DNA of 64,000 nucleotides from an uncultured Clostridium sp. (lineage in GTDB: Bacteria > Bacillota > Clostridia > TANB77 > CAG-465), in the NCBI GenBank assembly GCA_947361355.1, contig CANAIR010000002.1, positions 46,976 through 110,975 of the forward strand, read 5' to 3'. A program made the position numbers and the translations under genes. Shown here in pieces: positions 1 to 10,023 of this stretch (its first letter is position 1; each line of letters begins with the position of its first letter). The notes beneath the pieces were generated by a model, which was not told the origin of the DNA, did no database searches, and saw only the letters and a program-made list of their open reading frames with translations.

Positions 1-220
1 AGAATATATTAATTAATGATATATATTTTTTTACTATTTGTATTATTATAACTGTAATGATCATTGAAATACTAGAAAGCATTATTTGTTTTTTAGAAAA
101 GTTGTTTTTAGTAATTAATTTTGCCATACTTATCATAAAATATGTAAGAGCAATGCTTTGTACAATAGTACTAATTATAAATATTATTACGTTTTCCATA
201 ATTTTAAATTTCTCCTTTGT

Positions 221-937
221 TTAGCTTAATTCAAAATATGAATTAATTGGACATTTATTCTTCTTAGTAAAATATGCGTATTGTGATTTCCTATCAATAC
301 TAATAATTTTATTTTCATTTAATACAAAAGATCTATGACATTTTCTAAAATTATTAGGTAAATCATTTAAAAGGCTATCAAGCGATTTAGAAGTAGTATA
401 TTCATCAAAACTTGTAATAATTTTAGATTTATTTTTATCCCTTTCAATATATAAAATATCATTAATTCTTATAGATACCCATTTGTTTAGGTTTAAAAAT
501 AAATTTTTATTAAGATTAAATTCAGATTTTAATCTTGATACTAAATCTTGTATAACATACCTGTTAGCAGGCTTAACTAAATAATCATAAACTTTTACAT
601 AAAAGGATACGTGCATATAGCGTTGATGAGCAGATAGAAAAATAAGAAAAAAGTCCTTATTTATATTTCGTAAATCGCTTGCAAAGTCTAATCCATTTTT
701 TCCTTTATTTTTAAAATCTATATCTAAAAATAGAATATCTATTTTATGATAATAAATTGCATCAAAAATATCTTTTTGGTTATCCGTAATCATAGTGATT
801 TCTGCATTTAAGTTTTGCTCCATTATTTCAGATTCAATTAGTTTTACTACTGAAATTACACAGTCTAAGTCATCATCACATATGCCAATTTTCAATATAT
901 AATTTTCTCTTTGTTTCATATTTTTACACATGCACAT
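221..937 (-). CDS. LytTR-family two-component response regulator (AgrA/LytR-like); receiver domain with C-terminal LytTR DNA-binding domain
   Basis: ORF translation: N-terminal receiver-like segment (IGICDDD...LFLDIDF) followed by a LytTR-like C-terminal region. The true start may be the internal Met at 919; no strong RBS is visible. Confidence 0.75.
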   Translation of the reverse strand: MCMCKNMKQRENYILKIGICDDDLDCVISVVKLIESEIMEQNLNAEITMITDNQKDIFDAIYYHKIDILFLDIDFKNKGKNGLDFASDLRNINKDFFLIFLSAHQRYMHVSFYVKVYDYLVKPANRYVIQDLVSRLKSEFNLNKNLFLNLNKWVSIRINDILYIERDKNKSKIITSFDEYTTSKSLDSLLNDLPNNFRKCHRSFVLNENKIISIDRKSQYAYFTKKNKCPINSYFELS

Positions 938-1069
938 AATATACTACATATTAGTATAAAAGTCAATGATTTATTCGATATTTTTCTTACAAAATTTCTA
1001 CTTTTTTCGACAATTCAAAGTTATTTATTTACTCATAAAAAGATACTAAAATAATATAATGTAGAAGGA

Positions 1070-1417
1070 GTGGTTTATGTGAATACTAAAAAAAGAGAAA
1101 AGAAGAAATGGTATAAAGGAATAAAGCAAAACTTGAAAGTAAAAGAAAAAATAAATTTAACAAAAGAAAGAGTATCCGAATTTTTAGAGTTACCAAAGGA
1201 AGTTATGGCAAAAATTACCAAAATTACCATTATAGAAGATAATAATGTTTTAATAGAGGGATATCAAAAAATTGTAGATTACTATGATGATTATATAAAA
1301 ATAAAAGCAAATAATATAGACATTATAATAGATGGAAAGGAATTAGATATACAAGAAATTACTGATTATGAACTAGTTATACAAGGAACAATTTATAGTA
1401 TAAACTATAAAAAGTAA
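1070..1417 (+). CDS. yqfC: Sporulation protein YqfC (YabP/YqfC family)
   Basis: Small protein with a YabP-like C-terminal beta region, lying immediately upstream of yqfD as in Bacillus/Clostridium synteny. GTG start after a GAAGGAG RBS. Confidence 0.65.
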   Translation: MVYVNTKKREKKKWYKGIKQNLKVKEKINLTKERVSEFLELPKEVMAKITKITIIEDNNVLIEGYQKIVDYYDDYIKIKANNIDIIIDGKELDIQEITDYELVIQGTIYSINYKK

Positions 1418-1431
1418 AAATGGAGGGGAAA

Positions 1432-2649
1432 ATGGGAATAGTTAACAATGTAAAAAACAAAATGGGAATTGTTACAGTACAGATTGAAGGCTTTTTTACA
1501 GAACGTTTTATAAATCTTTGTAAAATAAATAATATAAAAATATGGGACATAAGAAATATTGTTAAAGGAGTAATAAGATTTAAAATTAATATATATGATT
1601 TTAAAAAGTTAAGAAAGGTTGCAAAAAAGACTAAATGTAAAGTAATGATAAAAAACAAAAAAGGTTTATATTTTACTTTATTCAAATATAGAAAAAGGAA
1701 ATTAGTTTTTTTGCTTGTCTTTTTAGCAATAATATTTAGTATAGTGTCTTCTACATTTATTTGGAGTATTGATATAAGTGGAAATATTAATATACCTAAT
1801 GAGAAAATAATTAGCGAATTGAAAAACAGTGGCGTTTATGTAGGAAAAAATAAAATAGGTATAAATAAAAAAAATGTTATAAATGATTTTAGAACTAGAA
1901 TGAATGATGTATCGTGGATTGGATTGCAAATAGAAGGAAGTAAAGCAATTGTTGAAATTGTTGAAAAGACAAAATTAGATGATAACGATCTTCAAAATAC
2001 TAGACTTGGAAATATAGTAGCAACAAAGTCAGGTTTAATTACAAAAATTATTCCAGAAAATGGTACAGCAGTATTTAAGGAAGGAAGTTTTGTGGAAGAA
2101 GGAAGTGTCTTAATAGAAGGCGCGGTATATAGCAAATACATTGAACCAATTAAAGTAGCTCCAAAAGGGGTTGTTAGGGCTAATCACGAATATATAAATG
2201 AAATTAACTATTCATATACTGAGATTTTAAAAAATTATCTTAATAAAGTAAGATATACAGTCGGAATTACTATAAATGGAAAAGAAAATATGATAAATTA
2301 TTTGAATAAAAGTCTAAAATATGATATAACTAAAAGTAGTAAAGAAATAAAAGTATTTAAAAATTCCATTTCGTTTGATATATATAAGTTTAAGCAATAT
2401 AACGAAGTATCTGTTAATAAAACAAAAGATGAATTACTTCAATTAGCTAATGCAGACATTCAAAATTATTTGAACAATAATATACTTCCAAATACTCAAA
2501 ATGGTGAATTAGTAGATCAAATTATTGAAGTATTTGATATAGAAAATGGAATAAAAGTGGTTACTAAATATATAGTAAATGAAGAAATTGGAAAATTTAT
2601 AGAAGGTGAACCGCAAATTAGGCAACAGCTAGAAGAAGGAGTAAACTAA
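1432..2649 (+). CDS. yqfD: Stage IV sporulation protein YqfD
   Basis: About 400 aa with a single central TM segment. The N-terminus resembles B. subtilis YqfD (…IEGFF.ERFINLC…), and conserved yqfC-yqfD-ybeY synteny is retained. GGAGGGG RBS precedes the ATG at 1432. Confidence 0.8.
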   Translation: MGIVNNVKNKMGIVTVQIEGFFTERFINLCKINNIKIWDIRNIVKGVIRFKINIYDFKKLRKVAKKTKCKVMIKNKKGLYFTLFKYRKRKLVFLLVFLAIIFSIVSSTFIWSIDISGNINIPNEKIISELKNSGVYVGKNKIGINKKNVINDFRTRMNDVSWIGLQIEGSKAIVEIVEKTKLDDNDLQNTRLGNIVATKSGLITKIIPENGTAVFKEGSFVEEGSVLIEGAVYSKYIEPIKVAPKGVVRANHEYINEINYSYTEILKNYLNKVRYTVGITINGKENMINYLNKSLKYDITKSSKEIKVFKNSISFDIYKFKQYNEVSVNKTKDELLQLANADIQNYLNNNILPNTQNGELVDQIIEVFDIENGIKVVTKYIVNEEIGKFIEGEPQIRQQLEEGVN

Positions 2650-3164
2650 TGCAAAATAAGATAGATATAAATATAGATGAACAAATAATAAATTATGTGA
2701 ATGAAAGAATAGAAAATAATAATATCGATTTAGTTGGAAAAATAAAAAAAGTAGTTAAGTTTGTTTTGAGTGAAGAAAAAATTAATATAGAAAAAGTGTC
2801 TATATGTATTTCTAAAGAAGATGAATCAGGAATAAGAAAATTAAATAAAGAATATAGGAATATTGATAAATCAACAGATGTTTTATCATTTCCTATATTC
2901 GAAAGATATGAACTTGAAGAGATTATAAAACAAAAAGATGAAAATAAAATCATAAAAGAATTAGAACTTGGCGACATTATATTGTGTATGGAAATCGTAG
3001 AAAAGCAATCTAAAGAATACTCAACTGGATTATATAGAGAAACTTTATACATGATAACCCATGGTGTATGTCATCTCGTAGGGTATGACCACATTGAACC
3101 TAGTGACAAAAAAATTATGAGAGCGCTTGAGAAAAAAGCTTTAAGTGTTATAGGAGTTGAATAA
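2649..3164 (+). CDS. ybeY: Endoribonuclease YbeY (rRNA maturation factor)
   Basis: Conserved HGVCHLVGYDH zinc-binding motif; about 170 aa. Confidence 0.9.
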   Translation: MQNKIDINIDEQIINYVNERIENNNIDLVGKIKKVVKFVLSEEKINIEKVSICISKEDESGIRKLNKEYRNIDKSTDVLSFPIFERYELEEIIKQKDENKIIKELELGDIILCMEIVEKQSKEYSTGLYRETLYMITHGVCHLVGYDHIEPSDKKIMRALEKKALSVIGVE

Positions 3165-3165
3165 A

Positions 3166-3978
3166 ATGGTAGAAAATAAAAAGGATAAAAATATTGATGA
3201 TAAAACGTCAAGAGACGAAAGGATAAATAATTTAAAACAGGTAAAAAACAAAACATTTTATTCAGCTTTTGGACATGCTGTTGATGGAATAATTAGGGCG
3301 TTTAAAACTGAAAGAAATTTAAGAATAGATTATATAATTGGTCTTACAGTTTTTGTGTGTAGTTTATTTTTTGATTTTACAAAAACAGAATTTGCATGTT
3401 TATGTTTAACAATAGGATTTGTAATATTTGCAGAAATGATAAATTCTACAGTAGAATATATAGTAGATTTGGTTACAGACAAATATGATGATAGGGCAAA
3501 GGCAGCAAAAGATATTGCAGCAGGAGGTGTTCTTATAGCTTCAACTGTTTCAGTAGTAGTTGCATATTTTTTATTTGAAGATAAACTATATAATGCAACA
3601 ACACATATTATAACATCTATACTTTCATCTAAGTTGCATATATTGCTTACAATAATATTTGCTATTACACTTTTAGTAGTAATATTAAAAGGATTTTTTT
3701 CAAAAACTGATGAATACTCTAAATCACATCCAAGTCTTAGGGTAGCATTAGCATTTGGACTTACCACATATGCGTATTTAATTACCAAAAGCATGTTTGT
3801 TGGTGGAATAGCATTTTTACTTAGTATAATAATATCTCAAATGAAAGTTCAAAATAATAAAATCAAACCATTGTATATATTGTTTAGTGCATTACTTGGA
3901 ATTTTAATTGTAGTAATAATATATCAAATTGTGTTATTATCACCAACAATAGAAAATATATTAAGTAATCTATTTTAA
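3166..3978 (+). CDS. dgkA: Diacylglycerol/undecaprenol kinase DgkA domain fused to an extra C-terminal polytopic membrane domain
   Basis: The N-terminal ~150 aa match the DgkA family (AFGHAVDGI…, 3 TM). An additional ~120 aa carry 3-4 predicted TM helices. AGGAG RBS precedes the ATG at 3166. Confidence 0.7.
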   Translation: MVENKKDKNIDDKTSRDERINNLKQVKNKTFYSAFGHAVDGIIRAFKTERNLRIDYIIGLTVFVCSLFFDFTKTEFACLCLTIGFVIFAEMINSTVEYIVDLVTDKYDDRAKAAKDIAAGGVLIASTVSVVVAYFLFEDKLYNATTHIITSILSSKLHILLTIIFAITLLVVILKGFFSKTDEYSKSHPSLRVALAFGLTTYAYLITKSMFVGGIAFLLSIIISQMKVQNNKIKPLYILFSALLGILIVVIIYQIVLLSPTIENILSNLF

Positions 3979-3999
3979 AAATATAATAGGAGGAAAATT

Positions 4000-4407
4000 A
4001 TGCAAGTAAATGATTTAATAGATATTGCTAAAAATGCAAAAAAGAATGCGTATGCAAATATTACCAAATATAAAGTTGGAGCAGCTTTATTAGCAGAATC
4101 TGGTACAGTATATATTGGAGTAAACGTAGAAGAACCATCAATACTTGGTTTGTCAAATTGTGCAGAAAGAGTTGCAATTCAAAATGCAATTGCACATGGA
4201 GAAAGAAAATTTAAAGCAATTGCAGTAGTAGGTTCTAATTATGATGATAAATGTGATAGTACACTAGTACCTTGTGGAACATGTTTACAATATATTCTTG
4301 ATATGTGTGACAATGTGGATATTATATGTTATATGGGTGGTAAAATAACATCAAAAAAAGTAAAAGACCTTTTAAATTCTCCTTTTGAACTTGAAAAGCA
4401 AAATTAG
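4000..4407 (+). CDS. cdd: Cytidine deaminase
   Basis: CAER zinc-ligand motif and PCGTC motif; about 135 aa; strong AGGAGG RBS. Confidence 0.9.
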   Translation: MQVNDLIDIAKNAKKNAYANITKYKVGAALLAESGTVYIGVNVEEPSILGLSNCAERVAIQNAIAHGERKFKAIAVVGSNYDDKCDSTLVPCGTCLQYILDMCDNVDIICYMGGKITSKKVKDLLNSPFELEKQN

Positions 4408-4527
4408 TTAAAAAATATTTATTTTATAAAAGTAACAAATAGAAATAAAATTTTTTCTTTTTGTTATTTTTTATTTTTATCAAAATATTATTTTATTCTT
4501 AGCATATAATTATATTGGTGATAAAAT

Positions 4528-5238
4528 ATGACAAAAAAATATGTTTTAGCAATAATTATATTTTGCTGTTTTGCATTTAGTACATTAATTATGAAATTTA
4601 ATAATCAGATAATGCCAGTAGAAGTTAAAGAAGTTTTTAATAATAAAACTGTTGGTCAAACAAGTGTAAAAGAAATAAAAAGGAATGAGCAATATTATAA
4701 AGTAGAAATATATTATCCAGAAACAAAATATAAAAATTTGAATGAATATGTATTAAGTAAAGTAAATAAAGAATTAGAAGAATTTTTAAAGGAATTAAAT
4801 GAAATTTCAAAATTTTTGGATGGGAAAAAATGCAATTTAAATATTACATTTAATCAATATGAGTATAAATCATATATATCATTTGCTTTTGAAGTAGTTG
4901 TAGATTTATGTGGAGCTCATCCTAATAGTTATTATTTTACAGTAAATTATGATATAGATAATCAAAAGGTAATACAACTTGATGATATTGTTAAAAATAA
5001 TAAACATTTTTTAAATTATTTATCAAAAGAAAGCTACTTAATATTAAAAGAAGAAGAAAGTTTAAAAAAATATAGTGATGAAGAAAATATAAAAAAAGGA
5101 TTAAAACCTATAAAATCGAATTTTGAAAATATAATATTTGATAAAGATAAGTTAGTTTTATTTATTAATCCATATCAGGTTGGACCTTATGTTGCTGGAA
5201 GTTTTGAAGTAAGAATTCCTTACTCTAAAATTATGTAG
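4528..5238 (+). CDS. Membrane-anchored DUF3298/DUF4163-like protein (RsiV/PdaC C-terminal domain-like)
   Basis: N-terminal TM helix followed by a domain pattern resembling DUF4163+DUF3298 (…HPNSYYFTVNYDIDNQKVIQLDDI…). Family assignment is from memory only. Confidence 0.45.
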   Translation: MTKKYVLAIIIFCCFAFSTLIMKFNNQIMPVEVKEVFNNKTVGQTSVKEIKRNEQYYKVEIYYPETKYKNLNEYVLSKVNKELEEFLKELNEISKFLDGKKCNLNITFNQYEYKSYISFAFEVVVDLCGAHPNSYYFTVNYDIDNQKVIQLDDIVKNNKHFLNYLSKESYLILKEEESLKKYSDEENIKKGLKPIKSNFENIIFDKDKLVLFINPYQVGPYVAGSFEVRIPYSKIM

Positions 5239-5412
5239 TTTTTTTGTTATAAAAGTTATAAAATTATGAAAGAAATCAAATATATTGTATAAAAATTACA
5301 TAAAAATAATACTAAAAATTAAATTTATATTGACTAATTTTACATAATGTGATATAATTTTAGACATATACAGTTTAAAATTAATTTAAATATAGCAAAG
5401 AGGTAGCAAAAA

Positions 5413-7062
5413 ATGGCAATATTAACAAGTATAGAAAGTGGGTTTAATTGCTTATATAATAGGCAATCAGAGCTTGATAAACTAATTTCAAAATTTACTT
5501 TATCAAATGAAGAAAGATATAAAATGGAAAAGTTGAAGAGTGAAATATCTGATATTTTAACAGATATTTTAGCTTTGCAATGCGAAGATGTTTTATCTTC
5601 ATCATTTTATTTACAAGTAAATAATATAGAGCAGGAAATATATAATATATTGGAAGAAAAAAGAAAAAAATTGAATAAACTAGTTGCGTATAAAGATGGA
5701 ATATATGAAACAATTGACGAAATACTTGCAATAATTTATTCTATCGATATTTTGGAAAAAAGCTTTCATGTGAATGCTGATTCTCAAGCATATCTTTTAG
5801 AAATAAAAAATTTAGTAAGTTCAAAAGAAGTTTCAGATAAAAAAATACTTGCACTAGAATATATTAAAGAAAAGTTGCCTGCCTATAAACAAGGAATTTT
5901 AGATATTATATTAATAGCAAATAAAAATATTTTAAAAAGAGAATTACCATTTGAGAAAAAACAAGAAATATTTGATATATTTTCATCAATTTCATTAAAA
6001 ACTCAAAGAGTTAAAAATCATACAAAAGTATTTAATGAAGATTACGAAATTAATAATGAAAGTAAATATACATTAGATTATTTAGAATGGTTTGAAAATA
6101 TATTTTTAGATATGGGTAAATATGTAAATTTATATTTAGATTCTTATTGTAAAGAAATTAAAAATATGATATATAATAATGTTGTTACATATGAAAATGT
6201 GGAAAATATAGCAGATTATATTTTTAATAGATATAAAAATGAAATTGACAAATATTTAGAAAAAATAACAAATTTTAGAGATAATTCAGAAAGTAATATA
6301 AGAAGACAATTAAAAGCTTGCTTAGATTATGATGGAATTACAGATTATAAACAAATAATAAATAGTGTGATTGATAACAAGGAATTACCTGATTATTTAA
6401 AGGATAGTATTTGCAAAGAAAAACTAAATAATATACTTTTTGAACTTAATGTACCAACTAGCAATAAGGTAAAAATTCAAAATGTATTAGGTGATTTAAG
6501 GGAAGCAATTATTTCATGTTTTGATGAAACTAAATACTTAGAATTATATAAGTATAAATATAACTCTAGTTTAAAAACTATACAAATTGCTAGTTATCGT
6601 CAGTATTATTTATCTACCCTTGAAGCAGCAAGAGAAAAAGTAAAACAAGATTACATTGATAAAATTGAAGATATTGTTTCTAAAAAACAATTAAAACCTT
6701 ATTCAAACGCTGTTTTATTAAGGCAAATTGAAAAATTAAAAAAAGATATAGAATTACTTAAAGAGGCTTTAAAATATATTAGTAAAAATTATAGAGATTT
6801 TTCAAATACTAATCTTAAATTATATATTAATTCAATTCAAAGTAGATATCAAATATATAATTTATATGATAATATTTTAGCTAAAAAATCTAACTTTGTA
6901 TATAAGTTAATGGCTAAATCAAAATTAAATGAGGAGAAGAGACTTTTATACGATTTTGCAAATAAAAGAGAAATAAAAGAAAAACTTCAAAATGAACTTA
7001 TGAGAAACATATTTATAGATTCTAATGAGTTAAAGGAAGAAATTATATGTAGCTTATCATAA
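5413..7062 (+). CDS. Hypothetical cytoplasmic alpha-helical/coiled-coil protein (549 aa), no recognised domain
   Basis: Long ORF preceded by a good RBS (AAGAGGTAGCAAAAAATG). Lys/Glu-rich with heptad-like periodicity and no catalytic motifs recognised. Followed by a strong intrinsic terminator. Confidence 0.6.
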   Translation: MAILTSIESGFNCLYNRQSELDKLISKFTLSNEERYKMEKLKSEISDILTDILALQCEDVLSSSFYLQVNNIEQEIYNILEEKRKKLNKLVAYKDGIYETIDEILAIIYSIDILEKSFHVNADSQAYLLEIKNLVSSKEVSDKKILALEYIKEKLPAYKQGILDIILIANKNILKRELPFEKKQEIFDIFSSISLKTQRVKNHTKVFNEDYEINNESKYTLDYLEWFENIFLDMGKYVNLYLDSYCKEIKNMIYNNVVTYENVENIADYIFNRYKNEIDKYLEKITNFRDNSESNIRRQLKACLDYDGITDYKQIINSVIDNKELPDYLKDSICKEKLNNILFELNVPTSNKVKIQNVLGDLREAIISCFDETKYLELYKYKYNSSLKTIQIASYRQYYLSTLEAAREKVKQDYIDKIEDIVSKKQLKPYSNAVLLRQIEKLKKDIELLKEALKYISKNYRDFSNTNLKLYINSIQSRYQIYNLYDNILAKKSNFVYKLMAKSKLNEEKRLLYDFANKREIKEKLQNELMRNIFIDSNELKEEIICSLS

Positions 7063-7071
7063 AATATAGGG

Positions 7072-7100
7072 AAGATGACTAAAAGTAGTCATCTTTTTTT
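7072..7100 (+). terminator. Rho-independent terminator (9-bp perfect stem AGATGACTA/TAGTCATCT + T7)
   Basis: Inverted repeat followed by a T-run directly after the stop codon of the 549-aa ORF. A second short hairpin (CCCCAGA…TCTGGGG) lies at 7112-7130. Confidence 0.65.
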
Positions 7101-7464
7101 GTGTAAGAAAACCCCCAGATAGTCTGGGGTTCAGTAAAGCTTTAGCGATGAATAGACAAAAAACCCTTTCGATATATAATAATATTGCGACTGACAATTG
7201 CAAATACCATATAGTATTTGCACAAAATATAGAAGAAAAGTATTTTATGAAAGTAAAAGATTAGAAATAGAAAAAATATTAAGTAAATATAAGAAGTTTA
7301 GTAGCATGAAATGTAGAGTTATGTAAAGTTTAAAAACATATAGGGATTTTTGCACCCTTTTTTAGTAATAAAAAGTAAAGATATAAAGAAATCAATGAAA
7401 AAATTCTATTAACAAAATATTGTTAAAAAATTTTTATATGATATAATATTTATTGGTGAAAAAT

Positions 7465-7917
7465 ATGAAAAAAAATGTAATTATTATAGTTAGTACAATT
7501 GTACTTTGTATAATAGTATATATATTATATAATACTTTTGGAAGTTTTAAAGTAAAAAATAATAGTTATTTTAAAAAAGTTTATAATCAAAATATAGATG
7601 TTTCAGAAATAAATATGTATATTTATAATATAAAAAATGGTAAACAGACTTTAATCGAAAATAAGGAAGATGTATTATTTATTATGAATAATATAAAAGA
7701 AATACATGCCAAAGTAAAAAAAATTCCTTCAAGTGAACTTTTACTTGGAGGTTCTTGTAGATTTATTATTGAAAATATTAATAGAAATACAAGTTTAGAA
7801 TTAAGGCTTCAAAATAGCCAGATAACAATTGAGAATAGAACATATAAATTTGATTCAACTGTATGGGAAGAAGTTTTAAAAATTGTTAAAAAATATGATT
7901 CTAATAGTATTGGTTAA
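7465..7917 (+). CDS. Hypothetical small N-terminally membrane-anchored protein
   Basis: ORF with an N-terminal hydrophobic helix; the ATG at 7465 follows GGTGA. Confidence 0.45.
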   Translation: MKKNVIIIVSTIVLCIIVYILYNTFGSFKVKNNSYFKKVYNQNIDVSEINMYIYNIKNGKQTLIENKEDVLFIMNNIKEIHAKVKKIPSSELLLGGSCRFIIENINRNTSLELRLQNSQITIENRTYKFDSTVWEEVLKIVKKYDSNSIG

Positions 7918-8523
7918 TACTAAATTTATCTTATTAATAAATTAATAAAGGAAGAATTATAAAAAATAGGTTCTTTGCCGATAGTTTTGGTGAAAAATCA
8001 AAAAAAGATTAGAACTAAAGAAGAAGTAGACAAATTTTCTATTTCTTCTTTAACTGTTCTTTTTTTGCTGTGAACTTTTTGAAATTCACTTCATTTTTCT
8101 GTTGCTTTTTTTACATAAATTTAAGTTTAATTAAGAAAAATTGGACATAAAAAATAATTAGCAAATCAATTAAAAGAAGACAGACTAAGTAATCAGTTAA
8201 CAATAGAAGATATAGACCCATTTAATGGTTAGTAAGTAATAGTTTCAAAAGTCAGTCATAAAAAAATACATCTTTAGACATTGCTAGTAAAGAAGTCACT
8301 ATAAGCGAAAAGGAAAAAACATTAGCTAGGCCAGTAAATATTTTTTATATTATAGAAAGGGAGTAAATTTTAATTGACAGATAAGTTTGTAATACACAAT
8401 GCAGTTTTAGTGTAGAAAGTGTAACAAATAAAAAATATAATAACATAAAGTATAATACTATTCATAAAATAAATGTCGAATAATATAATGTAGTATAAAG
8501 GTATTTGAGGTGAAAATAGTATT

Positions 8524-9765
8524 ATGTATAAAAATAAAATAGTGGGAATTGTAATAATTTTGATATTATGTACAAGTACAGTAATTAGTACTCCTTTTAT
8601 GTATAGTCCAAGAGAAAAATTTAAAACAGAAAATTCTAGTATAAGTACAGTAGCAAATGTTATTACTCCAGAATTTCAGTTTCAATCACAGGCACAGTAT
8701 TTGATTGAACCGGTTACAAATACTGTATTATATGCAAATAATGAAAATGAAAAACTACTTCCAGCATCAGTTACAAAGGTTATGAGTTTACTTTTGATAA
8801 TGGAACAAATAGATAATGGAAAACTTAAATATACTGATATGATAAAATGTAGTGAAAAGGCTTCTAAAATGGGTGGTTCACAAATATGGTTTAAACATGG
8901 TGAAGAACTTTCAGTTGAAGACTGCTTGAAAGCAATATGTGTTGTTTCTGCAAATGATTGCGTTGTTGCTATGGCAGAGCATATATCTGGAAGTGAAGAA
9001 AATTTCGTTAAAATGATGAATGAGAAGGCAAAAGCTTTAGGAATGGAAAATACAAATTTTATGAACTGTCATGGAATTGATGAAGATAATCATTATACGA
9101 GTGCAAAAGATATAGCAATAATGTCAAGAGAGTTAATTATAAACCATCCAGATATTTTAAAATATACATCAATTTGGATGGATACATTAAGAGACGGTAC
9201 ATTTGGACTTACAAATACAAATAAGCTAATAAGATTTTATGATGGAGCTACAGGATTAAAAACGGGTTCAACATCTCAAGCTTTGTTTAATTTGGTTGCA
9301 ACTGCAACAAGAGATAATACCACTTTTTTATCAGTAGTTATGAAAGCTCCATCATCAAATATAAGAAGTGAAGAATCAACACAACTATTAAACTATGCTT
9401 TTTCTAATTTTGGAATTGAAAATATATATGAAAAAGAAGCAGTAATAGAGGATAAAAAGATAAATAAGTGTATTAGTGATAATGCACAAGTAGCAATAAA
9501 AGACAATATATCAACATTAGTAAATAAAGGGCAAAAAGTAGAGGTAGAACAAAATATAACATATAATGATAATATTACAGCTCCATTACAAAAAGGGGAA
9601 TTTATTGGAAAAATAGAAGTATTTGACAAGAATACAAAAGAAAAATTAGGAGAAAGAGATTTGATTTGTTTAAATGATATAAAAAAGTCTGATTTTAAAG
9701 ATTATATTAAGAAGATGGTAAATATTATGGGGAGTAAAAATGATGTAAAAAATGGCAATGTTTAA
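8524..9765 (+). CDS. D-alanyl-D-alanine carboxypeptidase (PBP5/DacF-like serine peptidase S11)
   Basis: SVTK (SxxK), SAND (SxN) and KTGST (KTG) motifs are in the correct order and spacing. N-terminal signal peptide and C-terminal PBP5 domain are present. Confidence 0.85.
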   Translation: MYKNKIVGIVIILILCTSTVISTPFMYSPREKFKTENSSISTVANVITPEFQFQSQAQYLIEPVTNTVLYANNENEKLLPASVTKVMSLLLIMEQIDNGKLKYTDMIKCSEKASKMGGSQIWFKHGEELSVEDCLKAICVVSANDCVVAMAEHISGSEENFVKMMNEKAKALGMENTNFMNCHGIDEDNHYTSAKDIAIMSRELIINHPDILKYTSIWMDTLRDGTFGLTNTNKLIRFYDGATGLKTGSTSQALFNLVATATRDNTTFLSVVMKAPSSNIRSEESTQLLNYAFSNFGIENIYEKEAVIEDKKINKCISDNAQVAIKDNISTLVNKGQKVEVEQNITYNDNITAPLQKGEFIGKIEVFDKNTKEKLGERDLICLNDIKKSDFKDYIKKMVNIMGSKNDVKNGNV

Positions 9766-9793
9766 ATTTATTTTTTTTTTTTGTTGTATATTA

Positions 9794-9826
9794 ATGAGTG
9801 AAGTTTTTCACTCATTTTTTTATATC
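9794..9826 (+). terminator. Rho-independent terminator after the carboxypeptidase gene
   Basis: ATGAGTGAA…TTCACTCAT stem followed by a T-run. Confidence 0.6.
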
Positions 9827-9947
9827 ATTTTATTTATGTATAAAATTAATATAAAATACTGTATTTTAAAACAAATTTCATTTTAATTACATAAATATTA
9901 CAATTATATAACATTTTTGTTTACTTGAATTTTTTTAATAAAAAAAC

Positions 9948-9976
9948 TTGCATTCAAAAAAAATAAGCGATATAAT
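9948..9976 (+). promoter_or_regulatory. Sigma-A-type promoter (TTGCAT-17-TATAAT) upstream of the pilus-like operon
   Basis: Near-consensus -35 and -10 hexamers with a 17-nt spacer, about 45 nt upstream of the cpaB-like start. Confidence 0.45.
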
Positions 9977-10023
9977 ACAAAAAGGATTAACATTTTTAAT
10001 AAAAAAATTGGAGGTTGAAACAT

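Noticed and set aside
1377-1929. Minus-strand ORFs 1377..1685 and 1723..1929 overlapping yqfC/yqfD
   Set aside because: They are hydrophobic low-complexity translations of the AT-rich antisense strand within conserved sporulation genes.
8340-8523. Forespore sigma (SigF/SigG) promoter upstream of the DacF-like carboxypeptidase
   Set aside because: I could not find a convincing GTATA…GGnnAnAHTR or gnATR…CATnnTA match at the proper spacing, so no promoter is annotated.
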